Shown one piece after another: positions 1-13,145 of a stretch of 64,000 nucleotides of DNA. Position 1 is the first letter of the stretch; every line of letters begins with the position of its first letter. The position numbers and the translations under genes are program-made. The DNA comes from Mobula hypostoma. Taxonomy: Eukaryota. The stretch is taken from assembly GCF_963921235.1 (NCBI RefSeq), contig NC_086097.1:147314001-147378000 (forward strand), given 5' to 3'. The notes beneath the pieces are model-generated. The model did no database searches. It saw nothing but the letters and a program-made list of their open reading frames with translations, and had not been told where the DNA came from.

Positions 1-1013
1 CAACTGCTTAATGTGGATTTTTTTAAGTTTCTGCTAATGCTGCATGGTGGGGTTTAAGTTAGAGTTTCATGGGAAGGGGACCACAGTGCCAGAACAGATA
101 GTGGAGAGGTTATGGAGAAAGATGTTGGTCAGACCTCAGACAAAGTCAGGAATCAGAAGGTTGAGCATGGTGTGACTAGTGTCCTGAGCTGTGTAAACTT
201 CAATGTAAGAAGTATCATAGGAATGACAGATGAGGCCAGGGCATGGATCAACACCTGGAATTATGCACATTGGAGCCATTAGTGAGACTTGGTTGCAGGA
301 CTGGCAGCTCAGTATTCCTGGCTTCCATTGTTTTAGATATTGCAGAGTGGAAGGGATCAAAGGAAGAGTTGTGACGTTACTCGTCAGGGAAAATGTCATG
401 ACAGTGGTCCGTAAGAACAGACTGGAGAACTCGTCGAGCGAGGTGTTATGCTGGAACAGAGAAATAAGTAAGGTATGACCACATTAATGGGGCTATATTA
501 CAGACCACCCAACAGTCCTGGGGATTTAAAGGAACAAGTTTGTAAAGAGATCATATGCTGTTGCAAGAAACATAAGGTTGTTATAGTAGGTGATTTTAAC
601 TTTCCACATATTGACTGGGATTCTCATACTGTAACAGGATGAGATGGGATAAAGTTTGTCAAATGTGTTCAGGAAAATTTCTGTTGTTGGTACGTAGAAT
701 TTACAATTAGAGAGCATGTGATACTGGATCTGCTATTAGGGAATGAGACAGGGCAGGTGACTGAAGTTTGTTTAGAGGAATACTGTGCATCTAGTGACCA
801 CAATGCCATTAGTTTCAAAGTAAACATGCAAAAAGATAGGTCTGATCTGCGGGTTGAGATTCCAAATTGGAGTAAGGCCAATTTTAATGGTATCAGAAAT
901 TACCTGGGAGGTGTGGATTGGGACGGGCTGTTTCCTGGCAAAGGAGTACTTGGAAAGTAGGATGCCTTCAAAAGTGAAATTTTGAGAGTACAAAGCATGT
1001 AATGTGCCTGCCA
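1..1013 (+). mobile_element. CR1 LINE fragment (ORF1 end plus ORF2 APE endonuclease), degraded
   Basis: Frameshifted APE motifs: FNVRSI, ISETWLQ, GDFNFPHIDW (~589-620), ILDLLLGNE...SDHNAI. Confidence 0.9.
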
Positions 1014-1500
1014 AAGGTTCAATAGTTCTATTTAATATCAGAGATTGTGTGCAAAATGCAACCTGAAATTCTTACTCTTCACAGACATCCTCAAAGAACA
1101 TCCCAAAGAATGAATGGCAGAAAAAAACATAAGAACAAAAGCCCCTGTCCCTCTTCCACACACAAGCAGCGACAAGCAACATCAAACTTCCTCCCGCCCC
1201 CCACTTATTATAGCATAAAGTATCAACATTCCCAGCACCCACCATGCCAGCAACTGCAAAGTCCCCAAAGAGAGACCATGGTCTACAGTACATCAAAAAC
1301 TAACCATTCACTCCAATATTTAGACATCCATCAGGCTCTCTCTCTCTCACACACAAACAAGTGAGAGGGAGATATCATTCCTTCCACAGCAAGCAGAGAG
1401 ACAACAAGCACTATTTTGATGCTATAGTCATTGTGAAGCATTGCTTTATATTCTGAGTTCCACAACTCGAGAATAGGCAGAAAACTCTTCCTCACCATTG
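1014..1500 (-). mobile_element. Non-autonomous retroposon 'family A', diverged 3' part
   Basis: Resembles 60507-61301 (ggttcaat..., cctgaaat, cccaaagaatgaatg, (ct)n) and the reverse complement of 50405-51120. Confidence 0.6.
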
Positions 1501-1501
1501 G

Positions 1502-1526
1502 GAGAGAGAGAGAGAGAGAAAGAGAG
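1502..1526. repeat. (GA)n microsatellite
   Basis: gagagagagagagagagaaagagag. Confidence 0.9.
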
Positions 1527-1803
1527 GTGTTCTCAATTATCTTCAGCCATACCTACTTGTTTCCTATACTCTTGGTCTCATGCCCTCTCTCAGAAACAGC
1601 CTGTCTTGTTCTCTCCTTCAACCCCACCAAGCTTCCACATTCAGCAGATTGTCCATCATGACTTCTTTAATGTTCTTATTCCAGCTTCCTCTGCTTTGTC
1701 AGATTTTCTGTAATATTTTCTCTCCTTACTGTTCAAATTGCCTGAATCCATCTTTTCCATCCATAATTGTTATCACAATAATACTGGAAAGGCCTCCAAC
1801 AGC

Positions 1804-1841
1804 CAGTCCTGACGAAGAGTCTCTGCCTGAAACGTCGTCTG
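1804..1841 (+). ncRNA. Minimal type I hammerhead ribozyme motif in a PLE terminal repeat (repeat extends to ~1903)
   Basis: CAGTC-CTGACGA(1809-1815)-stem II-GAAAC(1829-1833)-GTC-GTCTG; catalytic core intact, stems I and II partly mutated. Confidence 0.7.
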
Positions 1842-1909
1842 TACCTCTTCCTAGAGATGCTGCCTGGCCTGCTGCATTCACCAGCAACTTTGATGTGTGT
1901 TGCTTATAC

Positions 1910-2730
1910 CTCTCCCCACCCTGTTACTTGTAAAAATGCCATCCTTTTCTCTCAATTCCTCCATCCCCACCCCATCTGCTCTCGGGATGAGGCTTTGCAT
2001 TTCAGAAAGAAGGAGATGTCCTCCTTCTTCAAAGAAAGGGGCTTGCCCTCCTCAGCTGCATCTCTTCCATTTCATGCATGTCTGCCCTCACCCCATCCTC
2101 CTGGTCTCGCCCCCTGTGTATCGGTGAGACCCGACATAGATTGGGAGACTGCTTCACTGTGCACCTATGCTCTGTTCTCCAGAGAAAGTGGGATCTCCCA
2201 GTGGCCACCCATTTTAATTCCACTTCCCATTCCCATTCCAAAATGTTAATCCATGGCCTCTTCTACTGTCGCAATGAGGCTACACTCAGGTTGGAGGAGC
2301 AACACCTTACATTCCATCTGGGTAACCTCCAACCTGATGGCATGAACATCGATTTCATGAACTTCTGGTGATGGCTCCCCCTTCATCATTCGCCATCTCC
2401 TTTTCCCTCTCTCACCTTATCTCCTTGCCTGCCCATTGCCTCCCTCTCGTGCTGCTGCTCCTTTTCTTTCTTCCATGACCTTCTGTCCTCTCCTATTAGA
2501 TTCCCCCTTCTCCTGCCTTGTATCTCTCTCACCAATCAACTTCCCAGCTGTTTACTTCACACCCCACCCCCCCCTTGGTTCCACCTATCACCTTGTGTTT
2601 CTCCCTCACCTCCCCCCACCTTCTAACACTGACTTCTCATCTTTTTTTCCCAGTCCTGCTGAAGGGTCTCATCCTGAAACGCCGACTGCTGCCTGGCCTG
2701 CTGAGTTCCTCCAGCATCCTGCGTGTGTTG
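1910..2730 (+). mobile_element. Penelope-like element 3' fragment (RT C-terminus, GIY-YIG endonuclease, terminal repeat)
   Basis: KNAILFSQFL..ICSRDE..EMSSFFKERG; LCIGETRHRLGD..HFN..EEQHL..LQPDGMN; pyrimidine-rich 3' region; mutated hammerhead repeat at 2651-2730. Confidence 0.85.
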
Positions 2731-4624
2731 CACTTTGTAAAATTGGTTGGAAACTCAAGATCACTTATACTTTTCGAAGTTAAAATGAAGTACATCATCA
2801 CTTGAAAAATGATTAACATACTTATACTATACAGAAGCAAGCTATTGGCCCATCCTGTCTCCCAGCAGAGAAATGTCATCAATCCCGTTCTCCCTCACCT
2901 TATTCTCCTTCAGCACTGCAACTAATTCTCTATAACGTGCCAATCAATTTCCCCTTTCTGGTCATTTTATCATCTAACCAACAGCAGGCAATTTACAGCA
3001 GCTCTCTACTTGTTTTCTTTTATAACAGCACAGAAAATGCATTAGTAAATCCTTTTTCCATTTCTTCTCCACGATCATGTACATGCCAATTAACATTTTA
3101 ATATGCTTCCACATATAGTTCACACATCAGGACCCATTGTGCTGATGAGCAATAGGAAACCAATGGTTGGATAACTCTTTAGTGTAAAGGGATGGGGACG
3201 GGACCTTTCTCAAATGCTGGAAGTAGCCCCCAGGATTTATCCTCTCATGTCAACACTAAGTGGATTTAGGGAATCCTATTTAATACAAAAAGTAGTTGGT
3301 CATGCAGTCTTTCTCCTCTTTTTCCTTCATGTTCTCAACATTTTGAAAGTAAAAAGCCACAATCCTGCATGCTGCCCAGATGAATGACCATTTTTATGAT
3401 TGCACACTAACTTGCGAGCTATCTTTTGGGACGTGCGCAGATTGATCGAACACAAAACCACACCCCTCTCCCTCCTCTCCATCCCTTATACTGTTAGTTT
3501 CAAAGCCTCAAAGACGTGTTAAGACATTGTACTCACTCAAGACTTCTGCCACTGGCTTGCAGGAGGAAAATGAGCTGCAAAGTATTCTAAGCAAGGTTTA
3601 TTTAGGTGAGACATTCTTATCATTAAATGCCCATCTGAAATGCAATTACCCCCATTCCCCTCACCATCTCACTGGCAGTTCCACCCCCAAAAGCCACCAT
3701 CACACAAAAAGAGATTTTCATTCTATGGTGACTTTCTCATTCTCAAAATTTGCAGCTCATAAAATACCCATCTGAAGTATGGACGCTGTAGTAATGCAGA
3801 TACCCAAATCCCTTTGCTGACAACATTATACTTAGCCAATAGTGCACAATTTGGTTTAAATACACTTTATTAATATTTTTCTCAAGGATGTTAACACCCA
3901 TTCCCAGCACTAATCAAAGCTACTACTTTAGTAAGTAGTTTAGCATGAAAATTCAAATGTGCTTCCGATAAACATGACAGTCATGATAAAAACCTATTTT
4001 AGCCATAGCCAACCCATTTGTTTTGATGGCAGTAACATTTCCCTCACTGTTTCAATGAGGAGATGACTAACCTGTGAAACTTATCTCTTGGGAGACAATG
4101 CTAATAATTGGTGCACGTTAATTAAAATGGAAATTAGATTGATTTGTTTCAGAAGATAACATCAGTCCAAATCTTGCAAGTACTATTGTTAATTAACCTC
4201 GTAACTTTCCAATATTTTACAATGTAACTGACAGCAAGTTTTGGATTTCCACCCAAGCCTGAAAGTACTGAATTTGCTGTCAACTTTTAAGAATCAGTTC
4301 CAACATGAGAACAGATGCAGGGACTAAAGCCGAGAAACTGGATAAACTATTTTATTTCCAGTGCTATGCTAACAATATCAATCCTACTCAGTGTAAATTA
4401 CATTAGGCATCATTTCAGGATGAAATCATACCAATCTAAACATTGGAATGGCAACTTCCAGTCACAATCCTTGTTAATATCCTAACCTTTTCCTAGAAGT
4501 CACTGGCAACATAACTCACATTTCTCCCTGTGTTGGCATCGGTTGAAGCTCGAACTGCTATGAAGCATTTTCAGTAGAACTGGCAGTAGGTTGTGCTAAG
4601 TTCTTTGCTTTTCTCTCCACAAAA

Positions 4625-5000
4625 GTATAAGAAATGGATGCAGAATCAGACCATTCAGCCCCTCATCTCTGCTGTGCTAAACAATAACATCACAATTGAT
4701 CTTTTATTTCGATCCCACTTTGCGGCACTGGACCCATACTCCTTGATTTGTTCTTAATACATAAAATCTGTTTACCTAGGAAGCTCTTACATAGAATAGT
4801 CCCAAGATTATTAACCCTGCAGATGAGGAAATATCTTCTCACTGCAATTCTGAACGTGCCTGATTTCCAAACTGTGACACCACCCCCCCCCCACCACCAC
4901 CACCATTTCTCAATACTCCAATCAGAGCTACCATCATACCTGTATCTATTCTGTTAAACCCCATAAGGATTTAATATATTTCAATTAAACTCTCCTTACT
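4625..5000 (-). mobile_element. Old CR1 3' end
   Basis: Degenerate match to the CR1 3' ends at 20716 and 33597 (ccattcagccc, gaaat.tcttctca). Confidence 0.5.
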
Positions 5001-5039
5001 GGATCTGCTTCCCCAAACTTTTAGGGAGCTTAAGGTAAG

Positions 5040-5700
5040 GGAACCCTTAGGAACTAATGGTCAAAGATATATAATCAGATTAAGGAAATGTGTAAAAATA
5101 ATAGGATAGTTGTTATGGGGTATTTCAGCTTCATTGATATAAGCTGGTACCTTCCTAATGCAAGGGGTTTAGATGGGGCAGAATTTGTTAAGTGTATCCA
5201 GGAAGGATCCTAAAATCAATATGTGGACGTCCAACAAGAGAAGGGACTGTACTGGACCTGATGTTGGGTAATGAGCCTGACCAGGTGACGGACCTTTCAG
5301 TGGGTGAGCAGTTAGGAAACAGTGATCACAGCTCTTTAACTTTCAGAATAGCTATTGATAAGCATAGCTATGGTCCTCTGTGAAAAATTTTAAATTGGAC
5401 TACTGCAAATTACAAGGGCATTAGCCAGGAACTAAGAAGTGTTATTTGGGAAGGCCTTACTTCTGGCAAGCCCACACTGGATGTGTGGAGGGTGTTTAAA
5501 GATCAACTGCACAGAGTATAGGAATGGTATGTTCCTTTTAGAAGGAAGGACAGGGTGGAAAGATAAAAGGACCTTAGGTGTCCAGAGAGGTGATGAATTT
5601 AGTCAAGAAGGAAAAGAAAAACTGTAAAGCTTCGGAAGTGATGATCAAATGGAGCACACGAGGAGTATAAAGAAGCCAGAAAAGAACTAAAGAAGGGAAG
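5040..5700 (+). mobile_element. CR1 ORF2 APE fragment
   Basis: RPTREGTVLDLMLGNEPDQV...SDHSSL. Confidence 0.85.
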
Positions 5701-6364
5701 CATCCTGCCCAGGGAGAGCAGGATAGTAAGCCTAAAGAATAAGGTGCAAGTACTGCACCAGCACTGTACCACTGTGGGGGGAGATAGTCTGTTGGCACAG
5801 ACTATGACTAAAGGACTGGAAGATAAGGGTATGGAAATTGCTTGTTGGCTAGTAAAGATACAGCAATTAGAGGCTGTTCAACAGGCTAATTGACAACCTA
5901 ATTACCTAGAATGGCACAGGTGAACATACTTTTAAATATACCTCCTTTCAATTACTCTCATTGCAATCTTCAGCATGTAATTTCCCTCCAAGTAATGATC
6001 AACTTAATGATTTACACATTTCATGATCATCTGAAGGATTTGTTGGACTAAGCAGATATGCGTCCCTTTAAGCAGACAAAAGTTCATCGCTATAGCCAGA
6101 AGCAAGGCTGGCTTATCAAAGCCAAGTGAAATGCAGAGGGGTGAGGCCCCCTCTGCCCAGCATCTTGTTGGCAAATGCGCAACCACTGGAGAACAAAATT
6201 GAGAACCTGAGGGCAAAATTGCTGTACAGAGTGATAGGATGGTGTGTTGTGATCTATGTCTGAGCAAGACTTGGCTTTCCCTCAGCACGTCAGATACAGT
6301 GATCAGACCAGAAGGCTTCTCAGTTTACAGGATGGATTGAACTACTGATACAGAAAAGGCAAAA

Positions 6365-6482
6365 GGAGGAACTCAGCAGGCCAGGCAGCATCTATAGAAA
6401 AGAGTAAACAGTCGACGGTTCAGGCTGAGACCCTTCATCAGGTCTAGCCTGCCTGGCCTGCTGTGTTCCTCCAGCTCTTTGT
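6365..6482. mobile_element. Short fold-back PLE terminal repeat inserted in Rex1
   Basis: ggaggaactcagcaggccaggcag ... ctgcctggcctgctgtgttcctcc inverted pair; minus-strand CTGATGA..GAAC(C)GTC. Confidence 0.75.
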
Positions 6483-7242
6483 GAGGTGGAGGTGTGGGTT
6501 TTATGATAAACTCTCAGTGGTTCTCCAATGTGGCAGTTTTGTTGAACTCATGTTCTCCCGACCTTGAACACCTAATGGTCAAATGCCTTCCATTCTATTT
6601 ACCCAGGGAGTTATCCTCCACAGTCCTGTCCACGGTTTATATACCACCAACAGCCAACTATAATCAAGTGCTTGAGATACTGAATAATGCTGCCTCCAAA
6701 CAAAAAACAGTTCATCTCAACGCATTTCAGATCATAGTCTGGGACTTCAACAAGGCTTGCTTTAAGAAAACTCTAACCAATTACCAGGCAAAGGAGCCGC
6801 TATGAGATTGCTTTGAGTCGGTGGACTGGGCCATGTTCATGGACTCATCTATGGATCTGAATAAATACACCATGGTTGTCATGGACTTCATTAAAACAGT
6901 TGTAAGTAAGTGTGTCCCTGCAAAATCATTCTTCTCCACCCCTGGATGAACCATGAGATCCACAGTCTGCTGGAGGGCCAGATCAGATGCATCCAAGTCT
7001 TGAGTCCAAGAAAGTTACAAGAGGTTCAGGTGTAATCTCTAGAAAGCCAATTTGTGGGCAAAGTGGCAATTCTGGGCTAGACTTGAATCAGCAAAGGATG
7101 CTTGACAGTTGTGGCAGAGCTTGAATGTTATCACCTCTTATAAAGTTAAATCAAGTGACACTGGCGACAACAGGGCTTCACTTCCAGGTGAGCTCAACAC
7201 CTTCTATCCTTGCTTTGACCAGCAAAAAGTGGAGGATCCATG

Positions 7243-7449
7243 ACATTTTTACACAGAGAGACATGAGTGCATGGAATGGGATGCTGGCGACAGTGGTGGA
7301 GGCGGATATGATAGGGTCTTTTAAGAGACTCCTCGATAGGTACATGGAGCTCAGAAATATAGACGGCTAATTTCTAAAGTAAGTACATGTTTGGCACAGC
7401 ATTGTGGGCTGAAGGGCCTGTATTGTGCTGTAGGTTTTCTATGTTTCTG
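7243..7449 (+). mobile_element. CR1 3' end nested in Rex1
   Basis: FTQR..SAWN..., ggctgaagggcctgtattgtgctg, tttctatgtttct tail. Confidence 0.8.
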
Positions 7450-8119
7450 CAAACTCCCACAGCCTCCAATGATCCTTGACTGACTTCGGTCTCTGAGGTC
7501 AACATGCAGGCAGTCTTCAGGGGGTGAACCCACAAAAAGCATTCAGCCCAGACGGTGTATCTGGTGAAGCACCAAACACCTGTGCTGATCAATTGGCTGG
7601 AGTGTTCACTGACATCTTTAAACTCTCGCTTCAGCAGTCCGAGGTACCTACCAGTTTCAAGTAGGCTTCAATTATACTGGGTGCCTAACAAGAATATACA
7701 AACCGGCCTCAATGACTATCGTCCAGTAGCACTTACATTCACAGTGATGAAGTGCTTTGAGAGGATGGTGATGAAATATATCAACTCCTGCCTGAGAAGT
7801 GACTTGGATCTGTTCCAATTTGCCTACTGGAGCAATAGATCCACAGCAGATGCCAACTCACTGTCTCTTCAGTCAACCCTGAAACATCTAGACAGCAAAG
7901 ATGCATACGTCAGGATGCTCATTATCGACTGCACCTCAGCATTCAATACCATCATTCCCTCAAAACTAATCAATAAGCTTCAAGACTTCGGCCTCAATAC
8001 CTCCTTGTGCAATTGGATCCCTAGTTTCCTCACTTGCATTACCCAGTCAGTTCGGATTGGCAACATCTCCGCCACGTTTGCAATTTGCAAAGGGAGATGC
8101 TAAGGTCAGAGGTATCCAA

Positions 8120-8835
8120 TGAGGACTGGCTCATGAACCTCTCTAGTTTCCTCCTCCTATTATCAATAATCAGCTCCTTGCTAAGAAGTTGTGGTCATAG
8201 CACCACTCAGTCAGATTCTGAATCTCCCTCCTATATGCTGACTCATCACCACATTTGATTCAGCCTTTGACAGTGGTGTCATCAGCAACCTTGATATGGC
8301 ATTGGAGCTGTGCTTGTGGTACATTTGTGCTGATGGAGATTGTGGAGGAGATGTTGTCTAGGGTTTGCAAGTGAGGAAACTGAGGATCCAATTGCACAAG
8401 GATGTGTTGAGGCCGAGGTCTTGAACTTTATAGATGAGTTTTGAGGGGATAATGGTATTGAATGTCAATCTGTATTCAATAATGAGTATCCTGATGTATG
8501 TACCATTACTGTCCAGATGTTCCAGGGCTGAGTGTCAAGCCAGTGAAATGGCATCTGCTGTGGACCTGTTGTGCTGATAGGCAAATTGAAGCAGCTCGAA
8601 GGTGCTTCTCGAGCAGGATTTGAGGTGTTTTATCACCAGCCACTCAAAACACCTCATCACTGTGGATGTAAGTGCCACTGGACAATAGTCATTGATCCAG
8701 GTTACCACGCTCCTCATAGACACCGGTATAGTTGAAGTCTGCTTGAAGCAGGTGGGTACCTCTGACTACCAAAGTGAGAGGTTAAAGACTGCAGTGAATA
8801 GTCCAGCCAGTTGAACAGCACAGGGCTTTAGTACT
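8120..8835 (-). mobile_element. Rex1/Babar RT fragment
   Basis: NDYCPVALTSTVMRCFE..QFAYQHNRSTADAI. Confidence 0.8.
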
Positions 8836-8839
8836 TAAC

Positions 8840-9273
8840 CCTTTCCATAACTACCTTTAAACTATGGTATTATGGACAAATACCAAATTGTTTTGTCACT
8901 GACACATCCACCATCTACCCTGCTCCATTTCCTAAGATAAGGTTGAGTATTGACCTGTCACCTGTAGAACTATCTACATGTTTTTAAAAATGTTTTCTTG
9001 GAAGCACTGAACAAAATATGATCTAATTGAAGTCCCTTGAGCTAATGGGATCCCACTCAATACAGTGAAAGTTAAATTTCTCTATTCTATAACCTTATTC
9101 CTCTGGCACCTTTATGCAGTTTGGTAACATACTGTATCTGTTCTTCTAATTTCCACTGAATATAGGAAGGTCAACAGCATTATTTCAGAAAAAGTGACCA
9201 CCATCTCTTATTCCTAAATTTTATTCATATATTTTCCAGGGCATCATATTTAAGTACTGCTGCGATGTTCTTC
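8840..9273 (-). mobile_element. Old CR1 APE fragment interrupted by a younger CR1
   Basis: Degenerate APE region (aaagttaaatttctctatt); appears to resume at ~12377. Confidence 0.5.
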
Positions 9274-9279
9274 CTAATT

Positions 9280-12200
9280 GGAGGCTCAATCAGCGGCAGG
9301 AGCGAGCACTTTAATGAGGTTACTCACAGTTCGGTGAAGCTTGTATAAAAGGAGGCAGAGGATGGGTTGGTTGGTGCACAAGTAGAGAAAGCTTATAGGG
9401 AGTTTGTGAGGAAGGATAGGCAAATGATAGAGTGAAGGTACACTCAGCCAGATGGTTTGAGATATGTCTATTTTAATGCAAAATGTATCATAAACAAGGC
9501 GTTTGCACTTAGAGCATGGATCAATATGTGCAACTATGACATTGTGGTCATTACAGAGACTTGGATGTCTCAGGGGCAGAAATGGCTGCTGAGTGTGCTG
9601 GGCTTTAGATGTTTCGAAAAGGACAGGGAGGGAGGCAAAAGAGGTGAGGGTGTATGACATTGCTAATCAGGGATAGTATCATGACTGTAGAAAAGGACGA
9701 AGTCATGGAGGGATTGTCTACTGAGTCATTGTGGATGGAAGACATAAACAGGAAGGGGGCGATAACTCTACTGGGTGTTTTTTATAGAACAGAGACGTCC
9801 AAGAGCAGGTAGGGAGGCAGATTCTGCAACGATGCAATAATAATAGGGTTGTTGTGATGGGTGATCTTAGCTTTCCTAATACTGACTGGCATCTCCATAG
9901 AACAAGGGGTTTAGATGGGGTGGAGTTTGTTCAGTGTGTTCAGGGAGGTTTCCTGATGCAATATAAGCCAACTAGAGGAGAGGCTGTACTTGATCTGGTA
10001 TTGGGGAATGAACCTGATCAGGTGTCAGAGCACTCGGTGGGAGAGCATTTTGGAGATAGTGATCACAACTCTCTCTCCTTTACCATAGTGCTGGAGAGGG
10101 ATAGGAGCAGACAATTTGGGAAAACATTTAATTGGGGTAAAGGGAAATATGATGCTATTAGACAGTACCTTGGGACCATAAATTTGGAGCAGATCTCCTC
10201 AGGGAAATGCACAGCAGGAATGTGTCAAATGTTCAGGGAACATTTGCATGGCGTTCTGCATAGGTATGTTCCAATGAGGCAAGGAGAGGATGGTAGGATA
10301 AAAGAACCATGGTATACAAAGGATGTAGAAAATTCAGTTAAGAAGAAAAGGTTCCAAAAGGTTCAAGAAACTAGGTACCATTAGAGCTCTAGAAAATTAC
10401 AAGGGTGCCACGAAGGAGCTTAAGACTGAAATTAGGAGAGCTAGAAGGGGCATGAGAAGGCCTTGGCGAGCAGGATTAAGAAAACCCCCAAGGCATTCGA
10501 CAAGTACATGAAGAGCAAGAGGAGAAGACATGAGAGAGTAGGACCAATAAAGTGTGTGTGGAACCAGAGGGGATAGCAGAGGTACTTAATGAATACTTTG
10601 CCATGTGAAAATAGGACCAAGCAGGAGCGATAGTGGAAACACGTGCATGCAGTCAGAGGAGGTAGCAGAGGAACCTAATGAATACTTTGTTTCAGTATTC
10701 ACCAGGGGAAAGGACCTTGGCAATTGTGGGGATAACTTACACTGGACTGAAATGCGTGAGCATACAGGCTTTAAGAAAGAGGATGTGCTGGAGCTTTTGA
10801 AAGGTATAAAGTTAGATAAGTTACCTGGACCAGATGAGATATACTCCAGGCTACTGTGGGAAGCAAGGGAAGAGATTGCTGAACCTCTGGTGATGATCTT
10901 TGCATCATCAATATGAACAGGAGAAGTACCAGGTGATTGGAAGTTTGCAAATGTTGTTCCTTTTTGGAGAAAGGGAATAGAAATAATTCAGGAAATTATA
11001 GACTAGTGGGTCTTACTTAAGTAGTAGGAAAGTTGTTGGAGAAGATCTTGACAGGTAGGTTTTATTAGCATTTGGAGAGACATAATCTGATCAGGAATAG
11101 TCAGTATTGGTTTGTCAAGGGCAAGTCATGCCTTACGAGCTGATTGAACTCTTTGAGGATGTAACAAAACAGATTGATAAAGGTAGAGCAATGGATGTAG
11201 TGTATATGGATTTCAGTAAGGCATTTGATAAGGTTCCCCATGCAAGGCACATTCAGAAAGTAAGGAAGCATGGGATCCAATGAGACCTTGTTTTATGGAT
11301 CCAGAATAAGCTTGCCCACAGAAGGTAAAGAGTGGTTGTAGATGGTTCATATTCAGCATGGAGGATGGCGACCAGTGATGTTCAGCAGGGATCTGTTCTG
11401 GGAGCCTTCCTCTTTGTAATTTTTATAAATGACCCCGGTGGGGAAGTAGAAGGGTGGGCTAGTAAGTTTGTTGATGACACAAAAGTTGAGGGTGTTGTGG
11501 ATAGTCTGGAGGGTTGTCAGAAGTTATAATATAAAGAACTGGGCTGAGAAGTAGCAGATGGAGTTTAACCCAGATAAATGTGAAGTGGTTTATTTCAGTA
11601 GGTCAAACTTGAACACAAAATATAATATTAATGGTAGACTCTCGGCAGTGTGGAGGATCAGCAAGATCTTAGGGTCTGTGTCCATAGAACACTCAAAGGT
11701 GCTGTGCAAGTTGACATGGTGTTAAGAAGGCATATGGTGTGATAACCTTCATCAACTGTGAGATCGAGTTCAAGAACCATGAGATAATGTTAATGCTATG
11801 TAAGACCTTACTTAGACCCCACTTGGAGTACTGTGTTCAGTTTTGGTCATATCACTACAGGAGGGATGTGCATACTAAAGAGAGAGTGCAGAGGAGATTT
11901 ACAGGGATGTTGCCTGGATTGGAGAATGTGCCTTATGAGAATAGGTTGAATGAATTTGGCCTTTTCTCCTTGAAGTGACAGAGGATGAGAGTTGACCTGA
12001 CAGAGGTGTAGAAGATGACAACAGGCATTGATTGTGTGGATAGCCAGAAGCTTTTTCCTACGGCTGAAATGGCTGAAACGAGGGGGCAGAGTTTTACGGT
12101 GCTTGGAAGTCGATACAAGAGGGATGTCAGAGGTAAGTTTTTCACGTAGTGAGTGGTGGGTGCATGGAATTCACTGCCGGTGACGGTGGTGGAAGCGGAT

Positions 12201-12370
12201 ACAATAGGTTCTTTTAAGAGACTCTTAGGTACATGGAGCTTAGAAAAACAGAGGGCGATGTGGTAGAAAAATTCTAGGCAGTTTCCAGAGTAGGTTACGT
12301 AGTGGGCAAAACATTGAGGGTCGAAGGAACTGTAATATGTTGCAGGTTTCTTTGTTCTATGTTCTATGTT
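9280..12370 (+). mobile_element. CR1 LINE, near-complete ORF2 pseudogene (APE plus RT) with 3' tail
   Basis: YFNAKCI, ITETW, SDHNSL, YMDFSKAFDKVPH, QGSVLG, KFVDDTK, RPHLEYCVQFWS; (gttctat)n tail; putative TSD ctaatt 9274-9279/12371-12376. Confidence 0.92.
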
Positions 12371-12826
12371 CTAATTAGTATTGCTATCGCAACTCTCATT
12401 TTAACATCCATTGTAATTCCAACAAAAAGTAAAGAGAAATATAATATACCATGACAGTTCTATCGAAGTTACAAGAAATATTTGAAGGTGGCAGAGCAGA
12501 ATAGAAGCCTGCACATACAATTACAATGTTTTAAAGGCATTTGAACAGTTTCTTGGTTCAGAAAGGAATAAAAAATACAGGCCTGATGCAGGCAAATGGG
12601 ATCGGCATATACAAGCATCATGGTTGACATGGCAGAGTTGAGACAAAGGGCCCATTTCTCTGCTATACAGTTCTATGACTTCGTACTCTTAACCTATGAG
12701 AAGGTGGAAAATTGTTATTAAAATAAGCAGGTGGAAACCTAAGCTCTATAAAAAAAAGACATAGAGGATGAACACAAGGAGGCTATAAATTTCAGCCACT
12801 ATAATTGAGGAAAGATATGTAGGTCT

Positions 12827-13145
12827 TGTGACGAGAGCCCTTGACAACAATGATTTGGACCCAAATTCTGGAGTATCCGAGGTTAGGATCAAGACACGGA
12901 ACAAAATTGGATTGAGAACTGAGCACAAAAAAAAGCACTTGCCAGTATCTCTAGTTGTATTTATAATTGAGCACAAACCTCAGTTCAGATGCTCCTTAAA
13001 TACTCAATTCTTGGCACCCAAAATATTATTACCGATTAGCAGGACAGTCCTGAATCTTTAAAGGGGTCGCACCAGCTATCCATTGTCCAGAGAGTTAGAG
13101 TGTCTAAACCCCGGAAGCCGGCACAGTTGGGTGTGTGTCATAACA
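12827..13145 (-). repeat. 3' LTR
   Basis: tgtgacgagag...tcataaca next to the PPT; homologous to 16446-16984. Confidence 0.85.

Larger units (their letters stand above)
6090..8075 (+). mobile_element. Rex1/Babar-clade LINE (APE plus RT), degraded, with nested inserts
   Basis: PSILLANAQPLENK, VYIPP, WDFN; RT motifs [42 protein letters not shown]. Confidence 0.85.

Noticed and set aside
3142..3168. CTGATGA...GAAACCAATGGTT hammerhead-like core in unique DNA
   Set aside because: Helix III can form, but helix II (GCAATAG) and helix I cannot pair; most likely chance
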